From Methanothermococcus sp. Ax23 (GTDB taxonomy: Archaea; AGJL01; Methanococci; Methanococcales; Methanococcaceae): a stretch of DNA of 64,000 nt. The DNA lies in NCBI RefSeq assembly GCF_049075655.1, contig NZ_CP157522.1:928001-992000 (forward strand), read 5' to 3'. Positions 55,082 to 64,000 of this stretch are shown piece by piece (position 1 is the first letter of the stretch; every line of letters begins with the position of its first letter). The notes beneath the pieces are model-generated. The model was not told where the DNA came from. It saw only the letters and a program-made list of their open reading frames with translations, and made no database searches. Made by a program: the position numbers and the translations under genes.

Positions 55082-56179
55082 ATGACTAAATTAAAACCCC
55101 TTAATCCTGATAAAAGGGATGCTAAAATTAATATTAATAAAGTTAATACAGCTACAAATAATATAAATTGTAATAAGACACACTCTCCAAACAGAAATAT
55201 TGCTAATAATGTTATTGATAAACATGTCATCGATAAAATTTATTTGGATGGTTTTCCAATAGCACAATATGGATTATATATGAAAAAGGCAAAACCTTAT
55301 AGAACTTTTAAAATACCTGTTGATGCAGGATTTTCATGTCCAAATAAGGACGGCACTATCGATACAAAAGGCTGTATATTTTGCCCAAAGATGGGCAGAC
55401 CCATAAGTGTAAAATACTGTAATGTGAAATACTCATTAAAGGAACAAATTGAAAAACAAATTGAAAAACAGAAAGGCAAAGGCATTGAGAAATTTTATAT
55501 ATATTTTTATCCTGGAACAAATACCCACGGAACTCCTGAAAAACTAAAAGAGCTCTGGGATTTTGCACTATCCTATCCTGATGTAATTGGGCTATCTATT
55601 GGAACTAGACCTGACTGTCTTGAAGATGAAAAATTGGATATTTTGGAAGATTATGTAAAAGAAGGTTATGAAATATGGATTGATTTAGGAATCCAAACTA
55701 TGCATCAGAGAACATTGAACTTTTTGAACAGAAAGCACAAGGTTTCAGACACTGTAAGGGCAATATTGAACTGTAAAAAAAGGGGCATTTTTGTGTGCGG
55801 TCATATTATTTTGGGGCTCCCCAATGAAACATGGGACGATATGATGAAAACTGCCCAAATTTTATCTAAACTGGAAATTGATGCACTTAAAATATATCCA
55901 TTAGTTGTAATCCAAAATACAGAATTGGAAAATCTTTATTGGAAAGGAGAATATAAAACCCTTGACGAAAAACAATACATAAAACTTGTATGTGATTTTT
56001 TAGAGCATTTATCTCCTTATGTGCTTATTCAAAGGGTGTCAAAAGATAAAACTCCCGACGAAATAAAAATATCTCCCGAATGGAGATTACATAGGTTAAG
56101 GATATTAAATGAGATTTCCAATGAATTAAAGAGAAGAAATACAAAGCAGGGTATATATCATAAGGATAAAATTAACTAA
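55082..56179 (+). CDS. Radical SAM protein (TIGR01212 / YhcC-like)
   Basis: GFSCPNKDG...GCIFC, IGTRPDC, HIILGLP; Asn-rich N-terminal extension, start uncertain. Confidence 0.88.
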   Translation: MTKLKPLNPDKRDAKININKVNTATNNINCNKTHSPNRNIANNVIDKHVIDKIYLDGFPIAQYGLYMKKAKPYRTFKIPVDAGFSCPNKDGTIDTKGCIFCPKMGRPISVKYCNVKYSLKEQIEKQIEKQKGKGIEKFYIYFYPGTNTHGTPEKLKELWDFALSYPDVIGLSIGTRPDCLEDEKLDILEDYVKEGYEIWIDLGIQTMHQRTLNFLNRKHKVSDTVRAILNCKKRGIFVCGHIILGLPNETWDDMMKTAQILSKLEIDALKIYPLVVIQNTELENLYWKGEYKTLDEKQYIKLVCDFLEHLSPYVLIQRVSKDKTPDEIKISPEWRLHRLRILNEISNELKRRNTKQGIYHKDKIN

Positions 56180-56197
56180 AACTGATAGCGTGATTTT

Positions 56198-56782
56198 ATG
56201 AAGTTTGAAGTGGTAATCACATCTGGAAAAAATAACCGAGCTCCGATAGGAGTATTTATAAAAGATACAAAAAAGGATAAAATTGACAATAACAAGGAGA
56301 TTATACTGCATCTCTATGAAGGTTCCCATACCTACGATAATTTAAAAAATGAAGATTATTTTATAATAAACATATGTTCCCCCTATTTAATAGCTGAATC
56401 AGTTTTGGATGATAATGGAAATTATGAATATTTTGACTACAACAATCATTCAATACCCTACTTGAAAGATTCCTACAAAATATGTTTAGCAAAAATAAAT
56501 GATAGAAAAATCATAGAATCTAAAAATGAGTATGGGAGCTCTAAACTTATGATTGTTGAGGGAACCATAATTTCAGAAAAAGAATTAAAATCTCCCTCAT
56601 TTGAGCCATATAATAGGGCAGAAGGTCTTATTGTGGAGATGGCAGTATTGTATTCGCGGTTAAATATTGTAGATGATGAGAAAAGAAAAAAAATTAAAGA
56701 AGAGATGGAAAATTATTTTAAAACCATCAAAAAAGTAGGGTCTAAAAAATACATTGAGTTGGGAAAAAAATTTTTAGAGTGA
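56198..56782 (+). CDS. DUF447 family protein
   Basis: EVVITS..NRAPIG, LYEGSHTYDN, YNRA. Confidence 0.75.
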   Translation: MKFEVVITSGKNNRAPIGVFIKDTKKDKIDNNKEIILHLYEGSHTYDNLKNEDYFIINICSPYLIAESVLDDNGNYEYFDYNNHSIPYLKDSYKICLAKINDRKIIESKNEYGSSKLMIVEGTIISEKELKSPSFEPYNRAEGLIVEMAVLYSRLNIVDDEKRKKIKEEMENYFKTIKKVGSKKYIELGKKFLE

Positions 56783-56797
56783 ATTTTATTTTTAATA

Positions 56798-57364
56798 TTA
56801 TTCATTTATCAATCCACAAACCCTACAAAAATTCTTTAATAATTCAGAACCACATTCTGTATGGGATACTTCTGGATGAAACTGCACGCCGTATATTGGT
56901 TTTTCCTTATGTTTTATGGATTCCACATCGCAAATGTCAGAATATGCGAGAATCTCGAAACATTCAGGGACTTTTTTAACCTCGTCCTTGTGGGATGCCC
57001 ATGCAGTGAATTCTTTTGGCATATTTTTGAATAAGTCATTTTCATTTTTAACATATATCTTTGTATGGGCATATTCTTCTGATTCTGCTCTTCCAACCTC
57101 TCCACCATAAGCCCGAGCTATTAACTGATGACCTAAACAAATGCCCAATATTGGGAGTTTTGAATTTAAAGCAATATCCATACAGTTTGATGCTTTTTCA
57201 ATATCTGGACCGCCACTTAATATTATGCCTTTTATCTCCTCATTTCCTTCAATTTCTTTTAATGGTGTGTCATTTGGAATTATTTTTGAAGCTATGCCTA
57301 AATATCTCAAACTCCTATGTATTCTATGAACATACTGACCGCCGTTGTTAAGAATTACAATCAT
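56798..57364 (-). CDS. guaAA: GMP synthase glutamine amidotransferase subunit A
   Basis: NGGQY, LSGGP, LGICLGHQ, VQFHPEV. Confidence 0.95.
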   Translation of the reverse strand: MIVILNNGGQYVHRIHRSLRYLGIASKIIPNDTPLKEIEGNEEIKGIILSGGPDIEKASNCMDIALNSKLPILGICLGHQLIARAYGGEVGRAESEEYAHTKIYVKNENDLFKNMPKEFTAWASHKDEVKKVPECFEILAYSDICDVESIKHKEKPIYGVQFHPEVSHTECGSELLKNFCRVCGLINE

Positions 57365-57425
57365 GAAATCACCGTTCATTTATACTTGCGATAATAAATA
57401 ATATTGATATTATGTTTTTTATTTA

Positions 57426-58367
57426 TTATTTCTTTGTTATGATTTTTGCCCCATTTTCAGTAATTAAAACTGTATGTTCCGACTGGCTCACCATACCGCG
57501 GTTTTTCTCAATTAATGATGGGTATCCATAGAGACAACCTGAGCTCATCAAATTTCTCAATCCTGCCTTGTATTTTGGGTCCTCATTTGCGAGCCATCTC
57601 TCTGCAAATGGTAGATATGGGTATTTTTTTTCAATAATTTTTAATATTTTCCTTGCAGAAGGTAATCTGACCGGTCTTGATGTTATATATTTAAAGATAT
57701 ATTTTTCACTTCCATCTACAACCTGTCCAAATCCATCTGTTGCAAAAGGCTCTATTGCCACAATATCCCCAACATCAATGTAATCTTTTGATTTCTCCTT
57801 TATATTGGGAATGCTTATTCCAGAATGTAAAACATACTGTTCCATAACATGTCCAGATAGGTTTGATATTGGTTTGTATCCATAACTTTCAATTACTTCT
57901 TGGATAATTGCCCCCATATCTCCAATATTCATTGGTGGCACAATTTCCTTAATTACGGTATGGAGTGCATCCTCTGACGCCTTTTTTAAATCATTGTAGG
58001 AGCTCGACAAATCAATAGTTATGGCACCGTCTGCTATGTATCCATCAACATGAACTCCAACATCTAACTTTACAACATCATTTTCAGAGAATGCCTTTTC
58101 ATCCCCATAAAAGGGCGTATAATGTGCTGCAATATCATTTATTGATATGTTGCAAGGAAATGCAACTTCTCCTCCGAGCTCTCGGGTTCTGTTTTCAATA
58201 TATTCTGCTACATCGTAAAGTTTAGTATCAGGTTTTATAAGCTTTACGGCTTCTTCCATTATTTCAGCATGGATTTTTCCAGCTTTTGTTAGTTTTTTAA
58301 CCATGTTGGTTTCTTCATCCTTTCCTTCTTCCATCTTATTTTTTTTAGTTATGTCTTCAATTGTCAT
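57426..58367 (-). CDS. map: Methionine aminopeptidase type II
   Basis: AFPCNIS, AAHYTP, DVGVHVDGYIAD, AIEPF, EHT. Confidence 0.96.
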   Translation of the reverse strand: MTIEDITKKNKMEEGKDEETNMVKKLTKAGKIHAEIMEEAVKLIKPDTKLYDVAEYIENRTRELGGEVAFPCNISINDIAAHYTPFYGDEKAFSENDVVKLDVGVHVDGYIADGAITIDLSSSYNDLKKASEDALHTVIKEIVPPMNIGDMGAIIQEVIESYGYKPISNLSGHVMEQYVLHSGISIPNIKEKSKDYIDVGDIVAIEPFATDGFGQVVDGSEKYIFKYITSRPVRLPSARKILKIIEKKYPYLPFAERWLANEDPKYKAGLRNLMSSGCLYGYPSLIEKNRGMVSQSEHTVLITENGAKIITKK

Positions 58368-58426
58368 TATATCCCATTTTTAATTTATTTTTTATTTTTT
58401 TATTTATTTTATTTTTATTTATTTAT

Positions 58427-58782
58427 CCAATGTCGGCGGGAAGTTTGATAAATTCCTTCGGAATTTATAAATGTCTTCGCTATCGCTCAGACATCCCCTT
58501 CCGTAAGGTGGAGATGAGATCAGATGAAATGCTTCGCATTTCATTACTTTCCTTCGCTATCGCTCGGAAATCCGACGAAAAATATAAATATTATGGCATA
58601 ATAAAATAGATATATAAATGGGCGAAAACCAAGCCCATTCTACACTATTTCCATACACCTGCGGAAGGCGGGGGTGAGCCTGTGGAGAAGTGAGCCCCTA
58701 CCTAGGTAGTTAATAACTACTGATGATGGCAAGCTCGTTCAGTGAAGCAGGAAGCCCCTTCCGTAAGGAAGGGGTACTTCAC
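58427..58782 (+). mobile_element. Protein-less IS200/IS605 mini-element with two nested palindromic inserts
   Basis: LE TGTCGG..CCCCTTCCGTAAGGTGGAG..CCGACG after TTTAT; RE GAAG-CCCCTTCC-GTAA-GGAAGGGG-TACTTCAC. Confidence 0.85.
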
Positions 58783-58798
58783 GTTCTTTTAATTACAA
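58620..58798 (+). ncRNA. Putative stand-alone TnpB omegaRNA, second family
   Basis: GC-rich tnpB-3'-like scaffold (CCTGTGGAG...GAAGCAGGAAGCCCC) preceded by AATATAAATA at 58581-58590. Confidence 0.55.
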
Positions 58799-59879
58799 TC
58801 GTAAGGATATCTCCATCTTCCAATACATGATTAAGCCCTACCCTTTGACCAGGATGTTTTGCAGATTTTCCCCATACTTGGGCATATCTAAAATTCTTTA
58901 CAAAATCTCTGTGAAGTTTATTACATACATCTTCAACAGTAGAACCTCTTAAAATAATAAGTGGTTCGTCAAGGTCTGGTTTTTTACCCTGTGGTTTTAA
59001 ATAAACCTTCATAAATCCAAGGGTATTAAAAATTTGTTCTTTTAATTCTTCAATATTAATATTTTTATGCCCTGAAACAAGAATGTGCGGTCTATCCTTC
59101 AAAACTTCTTCAATTCTCTTAATATGCTCTTCATCAGCTAAATCTATCTTATTCACAATAACAAGGGATGGGATATACACTCTGTTTGCACTAATCACAT
59201 CTATAAATTGGTCTGTTGTGATATCATCCCTTATTACGATATCTGCGTTGTGTATCCTATGCTCATGTAAAATTGCTACAATCGTTTCTTCATCTATGTT
59301 TGTTAAAGGAACTGTGGTGTTTATATTAATTCCACCCCTATCCTTTTTTACAATCTTAACATCTGGTGGTCTTTGGTCTAATCTAATGCCAACATTGTAG
59401 AGCTCCCTTTCAATCACTGGGATGTGCTCAGGTGAGAACACATCAACAACAAGCATCACTAAATCCACATTTCTAATGGCGGCTAATACCTCACTACCTC
59501 TACCTTTTCCAAATGATGCACCAGTAATAATCCCTGGAGCATCTAATACCTGTATTTTTGCCCCCCTATACTCTAAAATTCCTGGAATTATTGTTAATGT
59601 TGTGAAAGCATATGCTCCAACTTCTGAGTTGGCATTTGTAAGTTTATTTAAAAGTGTAGATTTACCTACTGATGGAAATCCTACAAAAGCAACTGTGGCA
59701 TCCCCTGTTTTTTTAACCGCGTAGGAGTATCCTGTCCCTGTGCTTTTTGGTTTATTTTGCATATCTCTTAATTTTGCAAGTTTCGCCTTCAATATCCCGA
59801 TATGTTTTTGAGTAGCCTTATTATACTGTGTATTTTTTATTTCGTCTTCTAATCTTTTAATTTCTTCTTGAATCCCCAT
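58779..59879 (-). CDS. DRG/Rbg family (OBG superfamily) GTPase with TGS domain
   Basis: GFPSVGKST, YAFTTL, DAPG, NKID, WGKSAKHPGQRVG. Confidence 0.95.
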   Translation of the reverse strand: MGIQEEIKRLEDEIKNTQYNKATQKHIGILKAKLAKLRDMQNKPKSTGTGYSYAVKKTGDATVAFVGFPSVGKSTLLNKLTNANSEVGAYAFTTLTIIPGILEYRGAKIQVLDAPGIITGASFGKGRGSEVLAAIRNVDLVMLVVDVFSPEHIPVIERELYNVGIRLDQRPPDVKIVKKDRGGININTTVPLTNIDEETIVAILHEHRIHNADIVIRDDITTDQFIDVISANRVYIPSLVIVNKIDLADEEHIKRIEEVLKDRPHILVSGHKNINIEELKEQIFNTLGFMKVYLKPQGKKPDLDEPLIILRGSTVEDVCNKLHRDFVKNFRYAQVWGKSAKHPGQRVGLNHVLEDGDILTIVIKRT

Positions 59880-59986
59880 AATTTCACCAAATTTAATACA
59901 TTATATTTTTTATAAATTTTAAATTATATTATATTTTAAATTTCATTATGATTCATATTTGAAAATATAAAAAATCTATGATACTA

Positions 59987-60012
59987 AATACCCTCGCTTT
60001 GCTCAGGATATT
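59987..60012 (+). repeat. Isolated hairpin with CGCT(T)TGCTC loop
   Basis: AATACCCT-CGCTTTGCTC-AGGATATT; same loop motif as the inserts at 19055 and 58471. Confidence 0.45.
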
Positions 60013-60067
60013 GTAAAACATGTTTAAATTTAAATAAAAAAATATTAAAAAAAGAAATAAAGTGATA

Positions 60068-60358
60068 TTATTCATTAATCATCTCATCCATTGTAGATAT
60101 TATGTCTTTAACTTTTGGATTTACTATATAATAGTGATTCCATGTTCCTTCTTTTCTAGCTTTTATTATGCCAGATTTTTTTAATATATTTAAATGATGG
60201 GATATGGTTGGTTGAGGCTTTTTTAATTCATCTATTATATTACACACACACATGCTATCATTTTCACTTAATAATCTCAATATCATTAATCTTGTTGGGT
60301 CAGCAAATGCTTTGAAAATTTCTGCCATGTTTTCATATTTGCTTTCATCTACAACCAT
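60068..60358 (-). CDS. ArsR/SmtB family transcriptional regulator
   Basis: FKAFADPTRL, MCVC, QPTISHHL, RKEG. Confidence 0.92.
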   Translation of the reverse strand: MVVDESKYENMAEIFKAFADPTRLMILRLLSENDSMCVCNIIDELKKPQPTISHHLNILKKSGIIKARKEGTWNHYYIVNPKVKDIISTMDEMINE

Positions 60359-60609
60359 TTTATCACCAAAAAAGCCATTTATAATTTTATTTTGTAAAAT
60401 ATATAAAATATATTATTGTTGCCATGTTAATACAATGCTAAAATTAAAAGATTATTGTAATAATATGTTTCATAATATTTATATATTTTTCAATATTTAT
60501 ATTTAATTACGTTAGTGATTACATATTATAATTGTTTGTATATAATATTTATGAATGATGATTTTTGATAACGATTTTTATGTGTGGGCAATATAAAATA
60601 AGGTGATAA

Positions 60610-61302
60610 TTAAAACTCTTTAATTTTTATAGATATATTTTTTGGGTCATCTACGCCTTTTAACGAGCTTATTATACCTTTTAACGTGTTTTTAATTATG
60701 ATTGAAACAAATGGATTCATAGGAATGGTTTTTCCATTAACTACCATTTCCACTCCTTTTGATATCACACACTGGTCCCATTTTAGTTCTCCACTAATGA
60801 CTTTTTCTACAAACGTTTTACAGTTATGTCCACAATGACCGCAATTTAGGTTGTATGTTGGAACTATACTTTTTTCAAGCACTTTTTCTATAACTTCGTC
60901 AATATCATATTCATAGTCTTTAACTACCATAATAGTTTGAGAATCTCGGAGCTCCGACCCTTCATCTCCTTTAACCATAAGTATCTTTGGAATATTTAAT
61001 TCTTTTAACTGCTCTTTAAATCCTTCCACTATAACAATCTCATTATCTAATTTGGAAAGTATCTCATATAAGCTCATTTTATTGTAAAAAAATGTAGTTT
61101 TATTACTATCTGATAGAACAGATATATCTGAATAATGTTTGAACTTGTAGGAATCTGTTCCTTCTTTATCAACTTCAACATCATGAAAACTATGTTTTAT
61201 GGATGCAACACTAATGTTCATCTCTTTTAATTTCTTTAAAATATCGCATATAAGCGTAGTTTTCCCGGATTTTTTTGGACCGATTACTCCAATAACTCTC
61301 AT
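60610..61302 (-). CDS. mobB: Molybdopterin-guanine dinucleotide biosynthesis protein B with Fe-S domain
   Basis: GPKKSGKTT, IKH, DKEGTDS, VEGFK, NCGHCGHNC. Confidence 0.92.
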   Translation of the reverse strand: MRVIGVIGPKKSGKTTLICDILKKLKEMNISVASIKHSFHDVEVDKEGTDSYKFKHYSDISVLSDSNKTTFFYNKMSLYEILSKLDNEIVIVEGFKEQLKELNIPKILMVKGDEGSELRDSQTIMVVKDYEYDIDEVIEKVLEKSIVPTYNLNCGHCGHNCKTFVEKVISGELKWDQCVISKGVEMVVNGKTIPMNPFVSIIIKNTLKGIISSLKGVDDPKNISIKIKEF

Positions 61303-61487
61303 AATATCACATCATAGTATTAGCAATATTCATTTAACAATATTAATATATAAAGTTTTTTAATATAAATTATTGATACATAATCATAAAATAAAAATAA
61401 ATGACATAAAAAACATAAATAAAAGAAATAAAAAAATAATCAAAAGATAAAATAGAAAAATTAAAAATAATATGTTTGGGTTAAAGT

Positions 61488-62105
61488 ATGATATATATTG
61501 TAGGAATAGGTCCGGGGGATAAAAAATATTTAACATTAAATGCAATCGAAACTGTGGAGAGCTCAGATATTGTAGCAGGTAGTGGCAGAGCATTGGAGTT
61601 ATTTAACATCGAAGAACATAAAAAATATATATTAACAAAAAATTTGATTGAGGAGTTAAAAAACTTAGTCATGAATAATAAAGATAAAAACATTGCAATA
61701 TTGTCCACAGGAGACCCGTGTTTTAGTGGATTGTTGAAAACAGTTTTAAAATATAATATTGCAAAAAGGGATGATATTCAGGTAGTTTCAGGCATATCCT
61801 CTATTCAGGTTGTAGCATCCAAGCTTAAAATCTCATGGGAAGATTACCATATATTGACGCTTCATGGAAAGGAGGAAAATAGAAAAATCCTTCTGGATTT
61901 AATAAAAAATAACGAAAAAGTAATATTTCTGCCAAGTAACCTAAAAGAAGATGTAAAATATTTAATAGACAATGGTATAAGCCCCAATAAAAAAATAATA
62001 GTTTGTGAAAACCTCACATACAAAAACGAAAGAATAATAAATGATGAATTAAAGAATATAATAAGTATGGATTTTTCATACCTGTGTGTTTGTGTTATGG
62101 AATAG
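61488..62105 (+). CDS. cbiE: Cobalt-precorrin-7 C5-methyltransferase
   Basis: VGIGPG, STGDPCFSG, GISSIQ, LHG, ENLTY..ER. Confidence 0.93.
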   Translation: MIYIVGIGPGDKKYLTLNAIETVESSDIVAGSGRALELFNIEEHKKYILTKNLIEELKNLVMNNKDKNIAILSTGDPCFSGLLKTVLKYNIAKRDDIQVVSGISSIQVVASKLKISWEDYHILTLHGKEENRKILLDLIKNNEKVIFLPSNLKEDVKYLIDNGISPNKKIIVCENLTYKNERIINDELKNIISMDFSYLCVCVME

Positions 62106-62121
62106 TATATTTGGTGATTAT

Positions 62122-63105
62122 ATGGAAAATATAAAGAAAATCAAAAAAGATTTTCTAAATACCTCGTCGATTTCAAGGATAAAAATAATAGTGATGCTCG
62201 GGATTTTATCTTTTCTAATGTGTTCAGTTAATGCCACAGAAGTTGCAAAGATTGTAGATAATAGTCCATATCCTGAGTTTGTATATGTTGATAATTCCAT
62301 AGTGTCAGAAGTTATCAGCCAAAATTCTGGAAAAAATATTCCTTCATTTTTCTTTTATTTTATAGATGGGGTGTATCTCAACCCAAATAATCCAAATGAG
62401 ATTGCTATAAAAACTCCATTATGGTTTATAGGAAAACTGTTTAAATCTGATGAAATTAATCCTGAAAATGGATATATTTTCCTAAATTCCAAATATGTGG
62501 GAAAGCCTGACAATAAATGGGTGGATTATATTACACCAAGTGATGTAATAATATATACCAATGAAACTGCAATATGTGCAAGAACTTATGATAAATATAC
62601 TGATGTGGATATAATAATGTATAATAATGAAACTTTGAAGCAATTAATAGGTGGATTAAAAAGTATCAATGGTATAAAGGTTATAAAATCCAGTGCTGAA
62701 ACTAAAAACAATATGTTAATTGGCAAATTAAGATTGGATGCTAACATAGATAAATTTATGAATATGAATGAATTCAATCCAAACTATGTTCCAATCAAAG
62801 TTGAAGTCAATGGATGGAATAAAAAAGACCAAAATACCTATACCAAAGGATATGATACCATAATATTATACAAATTGCCAGTGGATAAGGAAACTATAAA
62901 AAATATAGTTAAAGAACAGACGAAAAATCAAAATCTGAAAAAATTAAAGGACAGTTCATACAACGGATGGGATGTTGAAGAATATTCCTATAACAATATA
63001 GGAAGCCAATATATCTGTTGCAAAGAATTTGAATATGGCTCCGTATGTGTAATCACAAACAAATTGAAAAATCTTGATGATATAATAATCTCTGAAACCA
63101 AATAA
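62122..63105 (+). CDS. Hypothetical secreted or membrane-anchored protein
   Basis: Basic N-terminus, hydrophobic stretch and VNA cleavage-like site; no family recognised. Confidence 0.7.
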   Translation: MENIKKIKKDFLNTSSISRIKIIVMLGILSFLMCSVNATEVAKIVDNSPYPEFVYVDNSIVSEVISQNSGKNIPSFFFYFIDGVYLNPNNPNEIAIKTPLWFIGKLFKSDEINPENGYIFLNSKYVGKPDNKWVDYITPSDVIIYTNETAICARTYDKYTDVDIIMYNNETLKQLIGGLKSINGIKVIKSSAETKNNMLIGKLRLDANIDKFMNMNEFNPNYVPIKVEVNGWNKKDQNTYTKGYDTIILYKLPVDKETIKNIVKEQTKNQNLKKLKDSSYNGWDVEEYSYNNIGSQYICCKEFEYGSVCVITNKLKNLDDIIISETK

Positions 63106-63121
63106 AAAGTTGGTGATTTCG

Positions 63122-63424
63122 ATGGACATAACTCAATTTTTGCCCGATTTGGGAACCGGATTTATAAGTGGGGCAATTATAGGATGGGGCATAAAGAAAG
63201 CCATAAAACTAGTTGCTGCATTAGTGGGGCTTTATTTTTTAAGCCTCCTGTATTTGGCAAAACTTGGTGTGATATCAATAAACAAAGAAGCATTCACAGG
63301 ATTGCTGGGCAATTTTGAGTCTTCTATTGTAGCATATGGTAGCCAGGCTGCTGGATTGATTCATTCTGCATCTTTGGGAGCAGGATTTGCGACTGGATTT
63401 GCACTGGGATTTAAGAAGGGATAA
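63122..63424 (+). CDS. FUN14 family membrane protein
   Basis: G..SG..IGW.IKK, LYL...GVI.IN, GF..GFKKG. Confidence 0.85.
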   Translation: MDITQFLPDLGTGFISGAIIGWGIKKAIKLVAALVGLYFLSLLYLAKLGVISINKEAFTGLLGNFESSIVAYGSQAAGLIHSASLGAGFATGFALGFKKG

Positions 63425-63546
63425 TTCTTGCAATATATCTTATTTTTTTATTCTTTATTCTTAGTTTTATTTTTTTCATCATATCATCATATATCACCAT
63501 ATATAATCATATATTATTTATTAAAAACCGAGTTATAAGTGAAATC

Positions 63547-64000
63547 ATGATAAAAGCAAGGTTAAGGGATTTTGTAGAAACAGAAATCGGATTTTTCGCA
63601 GTAAATACCTATGAACATCCAAAAGATAGGATTTTTGCTTTTTTAAGGTATTTAAACCTTGATGCAGTAGATGACGATGTAATAAATAAATACAATTTGA
63701 ATAGAAACGATATACGGCAGCAGATGAACGGAAAAAAATATATAAAAATAACAGATACGACGAAAACATACGGAATTTTAAAGGATTATTTTCCAGAATA
63801 TTTATTTTACGATGAAACAAAAGACATTACGATACATGCAGTTCCAAAGGAACATGTAATTAATATATTAAGCCCAAATGATAGACTAAACGAGATATTG
63901 GACGCACAAAATAATGAATTTGAAGAAAAATGTAAAAATTTAGCTGATAAACTTCACGATTATGGATTAAGCTATAAATACATGGGAGTTTCAGGTTCAA
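63547..64000 (+). CDS. Predicted nucleotidyltransferase (COG1665-like), partial, runs off the window end
   Basis: MIKARLRDFVET..FAVNTYEHP..AFLRY...MGVSGS; absent from the ORF track because it has no stop within the window. Confidence 0.75.
   Translation, partial: MIKARLRDFVETEIGFFAVNTYEHPKDRIFAFLRYLNLDAVDDDVINKYNLNRNDIRQQMNGKKYIKITDTTKTYGILKDYFPEYLFYDETKDITIHAVPKEHVINILSPNDRLNEILDAQNNEFEEKCKNLADKLHDYGLSYKYMGVSGS

Noticed and set aside
58361-58609. 82-aa ORF
   Set aside because: Runs through a T-rich spacer and the palindromic transposon end; no RBS or protein features.
63476-63515. Imperfect ~10-bp tandem repeat (CATATATCAT-like)
   Set aside because: Short low-complexity slippage repeat in AT-rich intergenic DNA.
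63545-63820. 91-aa minus-strand ORF
   Set aside because: Shadow of the plus-strand nucleotidyltransferase-like gene starting at 63547.

Overview
An AT-rich archaeal window from a Methanococcales methanogen (inferred; Methanothermococcus/Methanococcus-like, based on SepRS, mcrBDCGA with mmp10, mtrEDCBA-(A/F)-GH, porCDABEF and hcgBC). It is mostly core housekeeping and methanogenesis genes, plus three tRNAs (Pro-GGG, Leu-GAG, intron-containing Met-CAT) and the SRP RNA. Four signals stand out. (1) A set of IS200/IS605-family elements: one tnpB element with a deleted tnpA, and two protein-less mini-elements built only of left end, internal TATA promoter, omegaRNA-like scaffold and right end. One mini-element shares a covarying scaffold with the nearby tnpB; the other supplies the stop codon of the DRG GTPase without changing the protein. 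(2) A ~50-bp two-hairpin micro-element with conserved structure but variable stems, inserted in-frame into tnpB and twice into a transposon end. (3) A strong, frame-independent excess of the palindrome GAGCTC (about 70 counted by eye against roughly 4 expected), reminiscent of cyanobacterial HIP1. (4) Apparent near-absence of GATC. All counts and alignments were done by eye and need computational confirmation.
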